64,000 nt of DNA from Bacteroidales bacterium UBA4788 (GCA_002402965.1 DHGW01000014.1:471-64470), one strand, 5' to 3'. Numbered from the stretch's first letter, positions 46,850 to 56,432 are shown. Notes: a model not told the origin generated them from the sequence alone. A program made the numbers and translations.

Positions 46850-47392
46850 ATGTCACACTTCACTGAAGAGGATATCAGGGCAGCTCTTGCCACGGATGCC
46901 GAAAAGGCGTTCCGGATGATCATTGATACCTACGGATCAAAGCTGTACTGGCACATCCGTCGCCTGGTCATAACCCATGAAGACACCGATGATGCGCTGC
47001 AGAACACATTTATCAACGCATGGAAAAACATTTCCTCTTTCCGTTTTGACAGTTCATTGCTGACATGGCTCTGGTCAATATCCACCAACGAAGCACTTAC
47101 ACTTATAAGGAAGAGGGAGAGGCATAGCAGCGTTTCGCTTGACGATGTTGAGGCGGTCCTTTCGGACTCCGCTGAAGGCAGCAGCTGGTTTGACGGCGAC
47201 GAGGCGGAGGTGAAGCTGCAGAATGCCATTCTGAAGCTCCCGGAGAAACAACGTATTGTCTTCAATATGAAATACTATGACGATATGACCTACGAGGATA
47301 TGAGCAGCGTGACAGGCACTTCGGTGGGGGCACTGAAGGCATCATATCACCATGCGGTTAAAAAGATTGAACAATTTTTTCAGGATAATTAA
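46850..47392 (+). CDS. ECF-type RNA polymerase sigma-70 factor
   Basis: Region 2 (DDALQNTFINAW...LTWLWSISTNEA) and region 4 (MTYEDMSSVTGTSVGALKASYHHAVKK). Confidence 0.85.
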   Translation: MSHFTEEDIRAALATDAEKAFRMIIDTYGSKLYWHIRRLVITHEDTDDALQNTFINAWKNISSFRFDSSLLTWLWSISTNEALTLIRKRERHSSVSLDDVEAVLSDSAEGSSWFDGDEAEVKLQNAILKLPEKQRIVFNMKYYDDMTYEDMSSVTGTSVGALKASYHHAVKKIEQFFQDN

Positions 47393-47425
47393 ACCAATGC
47401 CTGCAGCGGGCATCAAAGAAATGTC

Positions 47426-47881
47426 ATGAAACTCAATGATGAAATAAGAAAAGGCAGTCCCTACAGGGTTCCGGAAGGCTATTTTGATTCGCTCACCGAG
47501 CGCACCATGGCCGCCATAAGGAAGCAAGAGAGCCGGAATGAGGCCGTGCAGGCTGAGGGAGCTCGCCTTAACACCACACTGATCAGGAGAATGAGACCTT
47601 TTCTGGCGCTGGCAGCTGCAATAATTGGCTTCGCTGTCATGGCGGCAGTGATGGTCAGACTGCTTGGCGCCGACCGCGCACCGGAGGGATATGTGCCCGG
47701 TACCAGCCTTTACGCTGACCTGGCGTTTGAGGAGCTGGACGCATATATGCTTGAGAATGAGCTGAGCCTGACAGAGCCTGTCACTACAGAGATGACGGAG
47801 GAAGAGATCTCTTCCGAAACCATCATTGACTACCTGATGACGGAAGGGATTGATCTGAATGATATTTATGAACTGTTATAA
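47426..47881 (+). CDS. single-pass membrane protein, possible anti-sigma factor
   Basis: Follows the sigma gene, with one TM helix (FLALAAAIIGFAVMAAVMV). No zf-HC2 motif was seen. Confidence 0.4.
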   Translation: MKLNDEIRKGSPYRVPEGYFDSLTERTMAAIRKQESRNEAVQAEGARLNTTLIRRMRPFLALAAAIIGFAVMAAVMVRLLGADRAPEGYVPGTSLYADLAFEELDAYMLENELSLTEPVTTEMTEEEISSETIIDYLMTEGIDLNDIYELL

Positions 47882-47888
47882 TACGGAT

Positions 47889-48416
47889 ATGAAAAGACTG
47901 TTTTTTTCAATGATTGTCCTGGTGCTGGCAGGCGCTGCCGTTCTGAACGGTCAGGGCCAGGGATACGGACAGGGTGCGGCACAGGGCGACGGAGATAAGC
48001 TCACCGCCTACAAGATTGCCTTCTTCACCAGGAATCTTGACCTGACCACCGCTGAGGCCGAAAAATTCTGGCCGCTGTACAACGATTACTCGGCACGCAA
48101 AAGCAAACTGATGACCGACCGTCTTTCAACGATGCGTTATGCTGCCCAGAACGAAAACAACATGACTGAAAGCGAGATCTCCGCCGCCGCAGAGAAGCTG
48201 ACGCAGTCCTTTGCCGATGAGGTCAGCCTTGTGGTGTCGTTCAACGAAGGCCTGAAGAAGGTGCTGCCGCCGAAGAAGGTGATCAGGCTGTACCAGGTAG
48301 AGAACCAGTACAAGCAGCAGTTGCTGCGTGAGCTCAACCAGAGAAGGCAGGGAGCCGGGCAACCGGGCGTGCGGGGCCGTGGCGGCCAGACAGGCACCAC
48401 CGGGGTGCAGCAGTAA
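47889..48416 (+). CDS. secreted coiled-coil protein, Spy/CpxP-like periplasmic protein candidate
   Basis: Signal peptide MKRLFFSMIVLVLAGAAVLNG, an LTTAEAEKFWPLYNDY motif, and a Gln/Arg/Gly tail. Confidence 0.4.
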   Translation: MKRLFFSMIVLVLAGAAVLNGQGQGYGQGAAQGDGDKLTAYKIAFFTRNLDLTTAEAEKFWPLYNDYSARKSKLMTDRLSTMRYAAQNENNMTESEISAAAEKLTQSFADEVSLVVSFNEGLKKVLPPKKVIRLYQVENQYKQQLLRELNQRRQGAGQPGVRGRGGQTGTTGVQQ

Positions 48417-48437
48417 CCGCATCCGGCAGATGAAATA

Positions 48438-49814
48438 TCAGGAGAGCTTACCCTCCCTGATGAATGACGGGAGAGCAGAGAGTATAACAGCTGTCTGTTC
48501 TCCCGTCTTCATATTCTTTACGGTGGCCTGGCCGGAAGCTATCTCATTACTCCCGGCTATGACAACCATCGGAATCATCCGCGCATCCGCATAGGAGAAC
48601 TGTTTCTTCAGCTTCACCGATTCAGGGTAGAGCTCAACGGCTATGCCCGCCTCACGGAGCGTGTCTGCTATCTGCATCAGTGTTGGCAGCTCCTCCCTCC
48701 CGAAATTGATGATGAGGGCCTCTGTTGATGAGCCAGTCTGCTCCGGGAACAGATTGAGCCGGAGCATCACGTCATAGATCCTGTCTGCGCCAAATGATAC
48801 GCCAACTCCCGATACTCCTGGCAGGCCGAAGATGCCGGTGAGGTCATCATACCTCCCTCCGCCGCATATGCTGCCGAAAGGCAGGTCCGCCGCCTTCACC
48901 TCGATTATGGTACCGGTATAATAGTTCAGTCCGCGCGCCAGTGAGAGGTCAAGTTCCACAGACGGTTTAACCGGCTGCATGGCAAGGTAACCAAGCAGCT
49001 CTTCCATCTCTTCTATGCCCTTCAGTCCCGCCTCCGAACCGGCCATCACCCTCTTCAGCTCCTCGAGCTTCTCTTCGGATGAACCGCTGAGGTTTATCAC
49101 CGGCTCGAGCCTGGCTATCACCTCAGAAGCTATGCCTCTCTGCATCAGCTCCTGCCTTACACCGTCCCTGCCGATCTTCTCAAGCTTGTCAATGGCTACG
49201 GTGATATCTGTTATCTGCTCACCCGCACCTGCCATTTCTGCTATACCGGCAAGTATCTTCCGGTTGTTTATTTTAACTATAATCTTGATATTCAGCTCAC
49301 TGAAAACACGGTCAATGATCTGAACCAGCTCTGCCTCGTTCAGTAGAGAGTCGCTGCCAATGACATCCACATCGCACTGGAAGAACTCCCTGTATCTCCC
49401 CTTCTGGGGTTTGTCGGCCCTCCAAACGGGTTGTATCTGGTATCTGCGGAAGGGGAAGGTGATCTCGTCACGGTGCTGCACCACGTAACGTGCAAAGGGA
49501 ACAGTGAGGTCATACCTGAGTCCTTTCTCGCTTATCTGCTGCGAGACCGATGAGCTGTCAGCAGCGGAGAGAGTTCCTGGTGTGACACCGGCAAGAAAGT
49601 TCCCTGAGTTAAGAATCCTGAAGATGAGCCTGTCACCCTCCTCCCCGTACTTGCCAAGCAGGGTTGAGAGGTTCTCCATTGCGGGGGTCTCTATGGGCAG
49701 GTAGCCGCAGAGCGAAAAGTTCCTGCGGATGACGTCGAAGATGTAGTTGCGCCGCAGCATCTCCGTCGGAGAGAAGTCGCGCGTGCCCCTTGGTATGGAT
49801 GGTTTCTGAAACAT
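48438..49814 (-). CDS. hisS: histidine--tRNA ligase
   Basis: [21 protein letters not shown] and GGGRYD class II motifs. Confidence 0.95.
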   Translation of the reverse strand: MFQKPSIPRGTRDFSPTEMLRRNYIFDVIRRNFSLCGYLPIETPAMENLSTLLGKYGEEGDRLIFRILNSGNFLAGVTPGTLSAADSSSVSQQISEKGLRYDLTVPFARYVVQHRDEITFPFRRYQIQPVWRADKPQKGRYREFFQCDVDVIGSDSLLNEAELVQIIDRVFSELNIKIIVKINNRKILAGIAEMAGAGEQITDITVAIDKLEKIGRDGVRQELMQRGIASEVIARLEPVINLSGSSEEKLEELKRVMAGSEAGLKGIEEMEELLGYLAMQPVKPSVELDLSLARGLNYYTGTIIEVKAADLPFGSICGGGRYDDLTGIFGLPGVSGVGVSFGADRIYDVMLRLNLFPEQTGSSTEALIINFGREELPTLMQIADTLREAGIAVELYPESVKLKKQFSYADARMIPMVVIAGSNEIASGQATVKNMKTGEQTAVILSALPSFIREGKLS

Positions 49815-49833
49815 GTCGGGTATGATTTCCCGA

Positions 49834-49841
49834 CAAAAATA
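49834..49841 (-). promoter_or_regulatory. -7 box TATTTTTG for hisS
   Basis: Plus-strand CAAAAATA, 20 nt upstream of ATG 49814. Confidence 0.4.
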
Positions 49842-49991
49842 TGAAAAAAAGCTTGGCCGGACGTTAAATCCCGCCCTGTCATGAATGTACCTGAGAGGAG
49901 CCGGGCTAAAGCAGGGTTATGCAGAAAATCCAGGCATTGTGCATACCGGGATTGAAAGGCTGCGAATCGCCTTCTTATATCCTGCAGTAAT

Positions 49992-50348
49992 CTACTGTAT
50001 GAACGGTATTGAGAGGGGGTACTTGAATACCTCGCCCTTTGCGGCCCTGATGCTGGCAACAATGATGCATACAAGTTCAAGTATCGCAAGAGCTATCACC
50101 AGCGGTATCCCCACAATAATAAAGCATAATGGTATTAGCAGCACTGTGTAAAGTGCCATGGAGATCTGGAAGTTCAGGGATGCTTTCCCGTTCAGATTTA
50201 TCCACTCTGACTCATCCTTCCTGGAAATCCAGCAGATCAGCGGGCCGATTATCCCGCCGAAAGGAAAGAAGTAGCCTGCGAAGGCCGACAGGTGGCAGAA
50301 CATTGCCCAGTCGCGCTCTTTTTGAGTGTATGTCTTAATCTCTTCCAT
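49992..50348 (-). CDS. DUF4870-like small membrane protein
   Basis: ERDWAMFCHLSAFAGYFFPFGGIIGPLICW motif and three TM helices. Confidence 0.55.
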   Translation of the reverse strand: MEEIKTYTQKERDWAMFCHLSAFAGYFFPFGGIIGPLICWISRKDESEWINLNGKASLNFQISMALYTVLLIPLCFIIVGIPLVIALAILELVCIIVASIRAAKGEVFKYPLSIPFIQ

Positions 50349-50393
50349 TGCTTTTTATTAAAAAGACGGTTCTTGAATCAAAATGCTGCATCG

Positions 50394-51245
50394 TCAGAAG
50401 CGGGCGAGTCTTTTCAGGTCGCTTATAAGCAGCCCGTTGGCATTCTTGCTGTCAACCAGGTGACTATCATAGTAATACATCACGGCATCATCAGTCCCGA
50501 CAAGCATCTTCATGCAGGTGCCGGTTTGTTTGACGCCATCGGGTCCCACCTTGTGGACTATCAGGACATCCTTTTCCTTCGCCTCGATTGCATTCATGAT
50601 CTCCTCCTCACCTGCAATCCTGACCTTGTACGGGTAGTGTGCAGCTATCCTTTCAGCGGTGTTCACCTCAGGAGCCAGGTCATCCTCCCTGACAAGTATG
50701 GTCTTGTTCATTATGTCCGGAACGTTCCTGTTGTAGTATTTAAGGTAACGGAGAGCCGTCGTGGCCGGGTTCTTCATCACCAGGTCGGCATGATACTCCA
50801 TGAAGCGAATGATCAGGCCGAGTTTGTAACTGTATTCCTCCTCGGGAGCGCCTGAGAAGCATAGCGGGATGGCGCAGAACTCCGGCAGCTGGTCCAGTTC
50901 ATCCACCTCAGCCCCCAGAAGCAGGTTAAGGAAGTCGTAGGTGGAGCCTGACTTGTCATTGCTGAAGTTGGTGATAGTCAGTACAATGAAGGAATACGCC
51001 GGGTCATTGCGCATGACATTGAACTCCTCAGTATTGATGTACTTCACCGGGGTGACTTTCCAGTATTTGTTCACCGCATCCTTTATCTCCGCGTTGTAAA
51101 AGGAGAACTGGTCAGCTTCAAGGACAACGCAGGTGACTGATTTCCGGAACTTCTCAGCATCGTCAACGGTAGGATACGGCCTCTGCTGCGCCGATACCGC
51201 CGGCACAAGCAGAATAAACAGGAGTAACAGGGGGGATTTCTTCAT
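50394..51245 (-). CDS. secreted hypothetical protein
   Basis: Clean signal peptide MKKSPLLLLFILLVPAVSAQ. The ORF is long and its coding strand agrees with its neighbours. No family recognised. Confidence 0.55.
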   Translation of the reverse strand: MKKSPLLLLFILLVPAVSAQQRPYPTVDDAEKFRKSVTCVVLEADQFSFYNAEIKDAVNKYWKVTPVKYINTEEFNVMRNDPAYSFIVLTITNFSNDKSGSTYDFLNLLLGAEVDELDQLPEFCAIPLCFSGAPEEEYSYKLGLIIRFMEYHADLVMKNPATTALRYLKYYNRNVPDIMNKTILVREDDLAPEVNTAERIAAHYPYKVRIAGEEEIMNAIEAKEKDVLIVHKVGPDGVKQTGTCMKMLVGTDDAVMYYYDSHLVDSKNANGLLISDLKRLARF

Positions 51246-51251
51246 AAAAAA

Positions 51252-52019
51252 CTACTTATCAGCAGGAAGAAGGACCGGGTTTCTTTCATTGAACTTCCTA
51301 AGGTAAACGAACATCATCTTTTTCTGGTTCTTGTTGCGCATTGAGACAAACTCCTCATAGAGCTCGGGGTCTTTCATCAGAAGCGCCTCGAGGTTATCAA
51401 TGTTATACTCATATGATTTCCCTGTCTCGAAATCTATCATAAACATCTCCAGGTCAGTGCGCGAGGAGTTGTTCCTGTAGGGATTGTAACCGTACGGGTC
51501 ATAGTACCGTGATGAGTAGGGACTGTAATAATATGGTGAGTATAATGACCTGTAGGGCGAGTAGTACGGATCATAATAGCCGTATTGATTGTAGCCCGTC
51601 TGTGTTGTCACGTCGGCCACGAAGTGAATAATGGAGCCGAAGAAGGTGATGCGGTTGAAATTTCCCTGCACCTTGACATAGAGCACGCCGTTGCGGGCAA
51701 AGCCCCAGATATTGTCCTTCTCAATCTCCTGCCTGACACCCAGGTTATCATAGAAGTAGATCTTTTCTGAGGAAATCACCTGATCAAAAAAATCTTTGTC
51801 GTTATAATCAACTGACGTAAACAGTTTTGCCTTGGGTATGGGACTGTTAGTCTTCACCATGTCAAAGTTCAGGTATATACCGTCCCTGAACTTGAAATCA
51901 GGGGTATACTGAACAAGAGTATCCCCCTGCTGCGCCCTTGCCATGCCAGCGGCAATCATGGCGATGATCAGTGTCACTGCGGCCTTTTTCATCACACTCT
52001 TTTTCAGGTTTAACTTCAA
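51252..52019 (-). CDS. secreted hypothetical protein with internal Tyr/Pro-rich segment
   Basis: Signal peptide (alternative start MKKAAVTL). There are 18 Tyr within aa 142-182. No family recognised. Confidence 0.55.
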   Translation of the reverse strand: MKLNLKKSVMKKAAVTLIIAMIAAGMARAQQGDTLVQYTPDFKFRDGIYLNFDMVKTNSPIPKAKLFTSVDYNDKDFFDQVISSEKIYFYDNLGVRQEIEKDNIWGFARNGVLYVKVQGNFNRITFFGSIIHFVADVTTQTGYNQYGYYDPYYSPYRSLYSPYYYSPYSSRYYDPYGYNPYRNNSSRTDLEMFMIDFETGKSYEYNIDNLEALLMKDPELYEEFVSMRNKNQKKMMFVYLRKFNERNPVLLPADK

Positions 52020-52096
52020 AAATTATACCGTAAAGCAAAAATAATCTTTTATGCTCACTGAAAGCAAGCCTCTCTTTATCTTTATTGAAATTGATG

Positions 52097-52104
52097 TATC
52101 TTTG
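52097..52104 (+). promoter_or_regulatory. -7 box TATCTTTG for the hybrid kinase gene
   Basis: Exact TAnnTTTG match 29 nt upstream of ATG 52133. The divergent minus-strand box TATTTTTG (plus 52036..52043) would serve the 3-gene operon. Confidence 0.4.
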
Positions 52105-52132
52105 GGTGAATTAAATCTACTGCGGTCATAAT

Positions 52133-53464
52133 ATGCCGAACAAAACCAGACCATCCTCCATCCCGCATTCGGACATGATGACAAGGAGGACGCGAGACCG
52201 GATCCTTTTACCTGTTGCACTTGCTCTTCTGCTGGTGATAATTGCACTGGTGACTGCTGTTTCAGGGCTTATATACACCCCGATAGTGTCGGGCATCATT
52301 GCGCTGGTACCCCTGGCACTGGCGATAGCGGAGCTGAGGAGGCTCATTGCCGACAGCAGGGATATTCTGAGGGAGCTTGCCTCGATAGCAGAGAAGAACG
52401 AGGAGGTGATCAACTCATTCTCGCACAAAATCAGGGAGCCGCTCAACAATCTCGTTCTGCTGGGTAACATGCTGACTGAGACCACTTCCTCACCCAAGCA
52501 GCAGGAGCTGGTGGAGACCTTCATCGCCTCCACGGGGTCAATGGTGGACGTTGTCAATGAGCTCACCATGGAGACGGCGGGAAACATCACCTACGAACGC
52601 AGAGGTGAGATACGCTTCAGGCTCGGTCCAATCATTCATGACACTATTGAGCTGATGAAGCTGAACAGAAAGCATGATCAGAGCGTGGTGAACTATGATG
52701 ACCGCGGAGAGGGAGCAAGTGAATACAGCGGTGATCCCATAATAATCAAACAGATACTGATTGACCTGCTCAGTGCAGCCATTTCCGGCTCCTCGGGAAA
52801 GGCAACTATAAAGATACAGGTCAGGGAGGCCGGTGAACGTGAAGGTACCCAGAAGGTAGAGTTCACCCTCTCCGCCAACAACCCTGTCGTCTTCATCGGA
52901 GAGGGCCGGCAGCCCTATCCACTGGCAGGCAGGTTGATACGTGACTTCGGGGGGAACTGGCAGGAATCAGCAACCGGATCTGGATCATGGTTCGTATTTC
53001 ATATCAACCTGCGCAAGGCTGAAAAGCATGCTCCTCCTGCAACGGCAAGCACTCTCATAAAGGGAATGCCGGCTGAGAAGGGCAGGAAAGAGATGAAAGA
53101 CCTGAATATCCTGCTTGTGGAAGACAATCCCATAAATCAGCGCATCACCCAGCTCATGCTGGAGCCGCTTGTCAGACGGCTGGAGATAGCCCGCAATGGC
53201 AAAGAGGCGCTCGACATGTTCGGCACATCACGCTATGACCTTATACTGATGGATGTGCAGATGCCGGTGATGAACGGACTGCTGGCAGCAGAAAAAATCA
53301 GAAGTCTTGAGATGAGCACCCAGGTCCATGTCCCTATCATTGCCATAACGGCCAACGCCATGCTGGGCGACAGGGAGCAGTGCCTTGCAGTGGGAATGGA
53401 TGATTATATCAGTAAACCAATAGAGCCCGAAGTGCTCATTGAGAAGATCACGGCGCTGATCTGA
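52133..53464 (+). CDS. hybrid sensor histidine kinase/response regulator with degenerate ATP-binding domain
   Basis: Two TM helices, H-box FSHKIREPLNNL, and the tail GSGSWFVFHINL. The receiver has LLVEDNPINQ...LILMDVQMP...ITANA...YISKP. The N, G1 and G2 boxes were not recognisable. Confidence 0.7.
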   Translation: MPNKTRPSSIPHSDMMTRRTRDRILLPVALALLLVIIALVTAVSGLIYTPIVSGIIALVPLALAIAELRRLIADSRDILRELASIAEKNEEVINSFSHKIREPLNNLVLLGNMLTETTSSPKQQELVETFIASTGSMVDVVNELTMETAGNITYERRGEIRFRLGPIIHDTIELMKLNRKHDQSVVNYDDRGEGASEYSGDPIIIKQILIDLLSAAISGSSGKATIKIQVREAGEREGTQKVEFTLSANNPVVFIGEGRQPYPLAGRLIRDFGGNWQESATGSGSWFVFHINLRKAEKHAPPATASTLIKGMPAEKGRKEMKDLNILLVEDNPINQRITQLMLEPLVRRLEIARNGKEALDMFGTSRYDLILMDVQMPVMNGLLAAEKIRSLEMSTQVHVPIIAITANAMLGDREQCLAVGMDDYISKPIEPEVLIEKITALI

Positions 53465-53509
53465 CCGTCAGTTGCTGCCGTTGCCGGGACAACCATCCGG
53501 CCGGCCATG

Positions 53510-54490
53510 CTAGAAAGGCCTTACACCGAGAATCATCATGTCATCAATCTGGTCATGTCCCTCCATCCAGGAGGCAATGGTCTCGTCAAGGATCCGCTGC
53601 TGGTCTGACAGCGGATATTTGCTTATGGTGAGAAGAATATGCCTCAGGCGGCGGTACATGAACTTCTTGTTTTCAGGGCCGCCGAACTGATCAGCATACC
53701 CGTCAGAGAACAGATAGAGAAGGTCACCCTCCTGCAGGGTGAATGTACTGCGGTTGAACGAGACCATGGCGAACGACTGCACCACATTCTTCTTGTCGCC
53801 CTTGATCTCGATCAGCTTGTCGTCACGCACAATATAGACCGGCAGGAAGGCACCCGAGAATTCCATCAGCTTCGTCTTCTTATCGATGATGCAGATACTC
53901 ATCTCTATACCGTCCTTGATCATTGCCTTACCGCTCTCTTCCTTGAAGAACGCCGATTCCAGTTCACGGTTCATGGTAAGCAGCACCTGGTCACTGTCAT
54001 CAACCTTCAGATCATTGATGATCTTATGGATTAGCTCCAGGCCGATCATTGACATGAGCGCTCCCGGGACGCCGTGGCCGGTGCAGTCTGCTGCCGCAAT
54101 GAAATATTTGTCATCGCGTTCGCTGAACCAGTAGAAGTCGCCGCTGACGATATGCTTCGGGCGGTAATAGATGAAATAATCCGGGAAAATGCGTCGTATG
54201 TGATGCTCGGCTGGCAGGAGTGCCGCCTGTATCCTGCATGCATAATTCAGGCTGTCAATAAGGTCCTTGTTGCGCAGCTGAAGTTCCGAACGCTGTATCT
54301 CGATCTCATCGTAGGCGTTCCTCAGCTCGGTAAGGTGCTTCCTGGTGCGCAGGAGCACCCAGAACTGAAGTATGGCCAGGTATATCAGAGCCACAACGAT
54401 GAAAACCGCTATGGCATAGTTGATGGCCGGATTGTCTCTCAGTCCGCCTGCCATGGCAGTCAACAGGGCCGGTGGCATCATGCCGTTCAC
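53510..54490 (-). CDS. membrane-anchored PP2C/SpoIIE-family serine phosphatase
   Basis: VSGDFYWF, DCTGHGVPGALMS and SDGYADQFGG motifs. GTG 54490 overlaps the upstream stop (alternative ATG 54481). Confidence 0.8.
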   Translation of the reverse strand: MNGMMPPALLTAMAGGLRDNPAINYAIAVFIVVALIYLAILQFWVLLRTRKHLTELRNAYDEIEIQRSELQLRNKDLIDSLNYACRIQAALLPAEHHIRRIFPDYFIYYRPKHIVSGDFYWFSERDDKYFIAAADCTGHGVPGALMSMIGLELIHKIINDLKVDDSDQVLLTMNRELESAFFKEESGKAMIKDGIEMSICIIDKKTKLMEFSGAFLPVYIVRDDKLIEIKGDKKNVVQSFAMVSFNRSTFTLQEGDLLYLFSDGYADQFGGPENKKFMYRRLRHILLTISKYPLSDQQRILDETIASWMEGHDQIDDMMILGVRPF

Positions 54491-56376
54491 CCGGCGGAGC
54501 TGTTTACGGTCTCCACGGAGGCTTCGCCCGGCCTGAGCAGGGGAAGAAGCCTGAGAGACGGTGATTCAAGGAACGGGCCGAGCCCGTATTCATTCCACCT
54601 GTGGTCTACCAGCTCAATCGTCTCACTGTCTGAGCAGACAATGTTGGGCCAATCCCTGGGGAAAACGGGCAGTGAGTGTGTCTTGGAGGTGGCGTCTATG
54701 AAGATTGCCCCGCCCCCGAGATGGTACAGGTCACGTGCCGGATCACTGTTACCTGTCACCAGCCATGTAAGCATGGATGGATCATCGGCATCAGCGCCTT
54801 CATCCACTGCTATTATTACAGTGCCCGGAGCAGTGAGTGGCGCTGGAAGAGATGCGGCCAGTCGATGCATGTCAAGCCCCTCCGCCGGTTTTCTGATGAT
54901 CAGCACTGCAACCGGCAGACCGTGATCAGCAAGCGTTTGCATATTGATGACGACCTCACCGGTGATCTCATCATCAGTGAGAAGCAGCAGTGGAACAGAA
55001 TGAGCCTCTGCAGTACGCTCCTCGGCAAGTTTTACCGTAGCGTCAATGCCCAGCTTCCCTCCCATGCTGAACCTGTCGGAAGAATGGTCAAGCACATCGA
55101 GGGGGCCGCTGGTCAGGTGAAGGTCTGTTTCAAACCGGACGTTGGCGAAGAAAGCCTCTGCGACAGCCCGGTAATCGGTCACGTGAACGGGGTTACTGAC
55201 TACGATAATATACTTGCTGAGCATCATCTGACCGGCGCCAAAAAGGGCGCTGAGCACTTTCATCCCCTGTCCGGGGTAGGTCTTGTCGATGCTGACTATC
55301 ACCAGGTTGTGGGCCACGCCGGAGACGGGCATGTGCAGCTCTCGTATCTCGGGAGCTATTGCCAGCTTTATGGGAGCAAAGAAAATCTTTTCCGTGGCCT
55401 TGCCCATCCATGCGTCTTCCATCGGTGGCACGCCCACCACAGTGGCGGGATAGACAGCGTTCTTCCTGTGGGTAATACAGGTGACATGAAACTTCGGGTA
55501 CAGATCGGCCAGCGAATAGAATCCCGTGTGATCGCCAAAGGGACCTTCGGTGACGGGGTCCTCTGCAGTATCAACATATCCTTCAATCACGAAGTCAGAG
55601 TCAGCCGGCACCCAAAGATCATTTGTAAGGCATTTGACGAGGGTCACTCTTTTGTGGCGGAGGAATGCCGCGAGGAGGTATTCGCTTATATCTTCAGGCA
55701 GCGGTGCCGTGGCGGCATAGGTATAGACGGGGTCTCCGCCAAGTGTCACTGAGACGGGCATCCGTCCTCCCCTTTTCTTCCAGGCCTCAAAATGGCGGGC
55801 CCCGGTCTTATGCCTGTGCCAGTGCATCCCTGTAACGTCTTGCTCCATGACCTGCATGCGGTACATTCCAAGGTTGTTCCTTCCTGTTTCGGGGTGCCTG
55901 GTGTGAACCAGGGGAAGGGTGATAAACCTGCCTCCGTCATGAGGCCAGCACTTGAGTATGGGCAGCATGCCGAGGTCAGCAACCGGGTCAACCACCTCCT
56001 GGCACTCACCCCGGCCCCTTTTTCTCCGGGGTGACAGTGTCAGAAACCTGAGCATGCCCGGCAGGCGTGCCAGCTTCCCTGACAGTCCTCGTGCCTGACT
56101 AAGCGATTCTATCGAGGAAAAGATCTCATCACCGGCATCGTCCAGGGAGTTGCGGCCGATGGCCGCTGCCATCCGCTCGTCAGAGGCAAAGGCATTTATG
56201 AGCAGAGGGAACCCTGTGCCGGTATTCTCGAAGAGAAGAGCCTTGCCACCGTTTTTCACGAGCCTGTCAGCAATCTCGGTTATCTCCAGTACAGGATTGA
56301 CCGGGCACGTTACGCGTGCCAGCTGGCCGCGTGACTCAAGAAATGCGGCAAAATGAGCAAGACCGTTAAACGACAT
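54487..56376 (-). CDS. UbiD-family decarboxylase (menaquinone biosynthesis decarboxylase, futalosine-route type) with C-terminal extension
   Basis: N-terminus FLESRGQLARVTCPVNPVLEITEIADR and the MHWHRHKTGA...GGDP core. Start trimmed to ATG 56376. Confidence 0.8.
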   Translation of the reverse strand: MSFNGLAHFAAFLESRGQLARVTCPVNPVLEITEIADRLVKNGGKALLFENTGTGFPLLINAFASDERMAAAIGRNSLDDAGDEIFSSIESLSQARGLSGKLARLPGMLRFLTLSPRRKRGRGECQEVVDPVADLGMLPILKCWPHDGGRFITLPLVHTRHPETGRNNLGMYRMQVMEQDVTGMHWHRHKTGARHFEAWKKRGGRMPVSVTLGGDPVYTYAATAPLPEDISEYLLAAFLRHKRVTLVKCLTNDLWVPADSDFVIEGYVDTAEDPVTEGPFGDHTGFYSLADLYPKFHVTCITHRKNAVYPATVVGVPPMEDAWMGKATEKIFFAPIKLAIAPEIRELHMPVSGVAHNLVIVSIDKTYPGQGMKVLSALFGAGQMMLSKYIIVVSNPVHVTDYRAVAEAFFANVRFETDLHLTSGPLDVLDHSSDRFSMGGKLGIDATVKLAEERTAEAHSVPLLLLTDDEITGEVVINMQTLADHGLPVAVLIIRKPAEGLDMHRLAASLPAPLTAPGTVIIAVDEGADADDPSMLTWLVTGNSDPARDLYHLGGGAIFIDATSKTHSLPVFPRDWPNIVCSDSETIELVDHRWNEYGLGPFLESPSLRLLPLLRPGEASVETVNSSAG

Positions 56377-56408
56377 TAAGACACAGATTTCTACAAATAT
56401 AAAAAATA

Positions 56409-56432
56409 AAAACTCCGCGGAGGCGGAGTTTT
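56409..56432 (-). terminator. rho-independent terminator after eno
   Basis: AAAACTCCGC-GGAG-GCGGAGTTTT, flanked by A/T runs on both sides (potentially bidirectional). Confidence 0.75.

Noticed and set aside
54676-55752. 358-aa ORF (plus the 283-aa ORF at 54074..54925) antisense to the UbiD-family and PP2C genes
   Set aside because: The opposite strand carries clear UbiD and PP2C motifs. These ORFs have no recognisable domains, and their length is explained by the GC-rich third-codon positions of the real genes.
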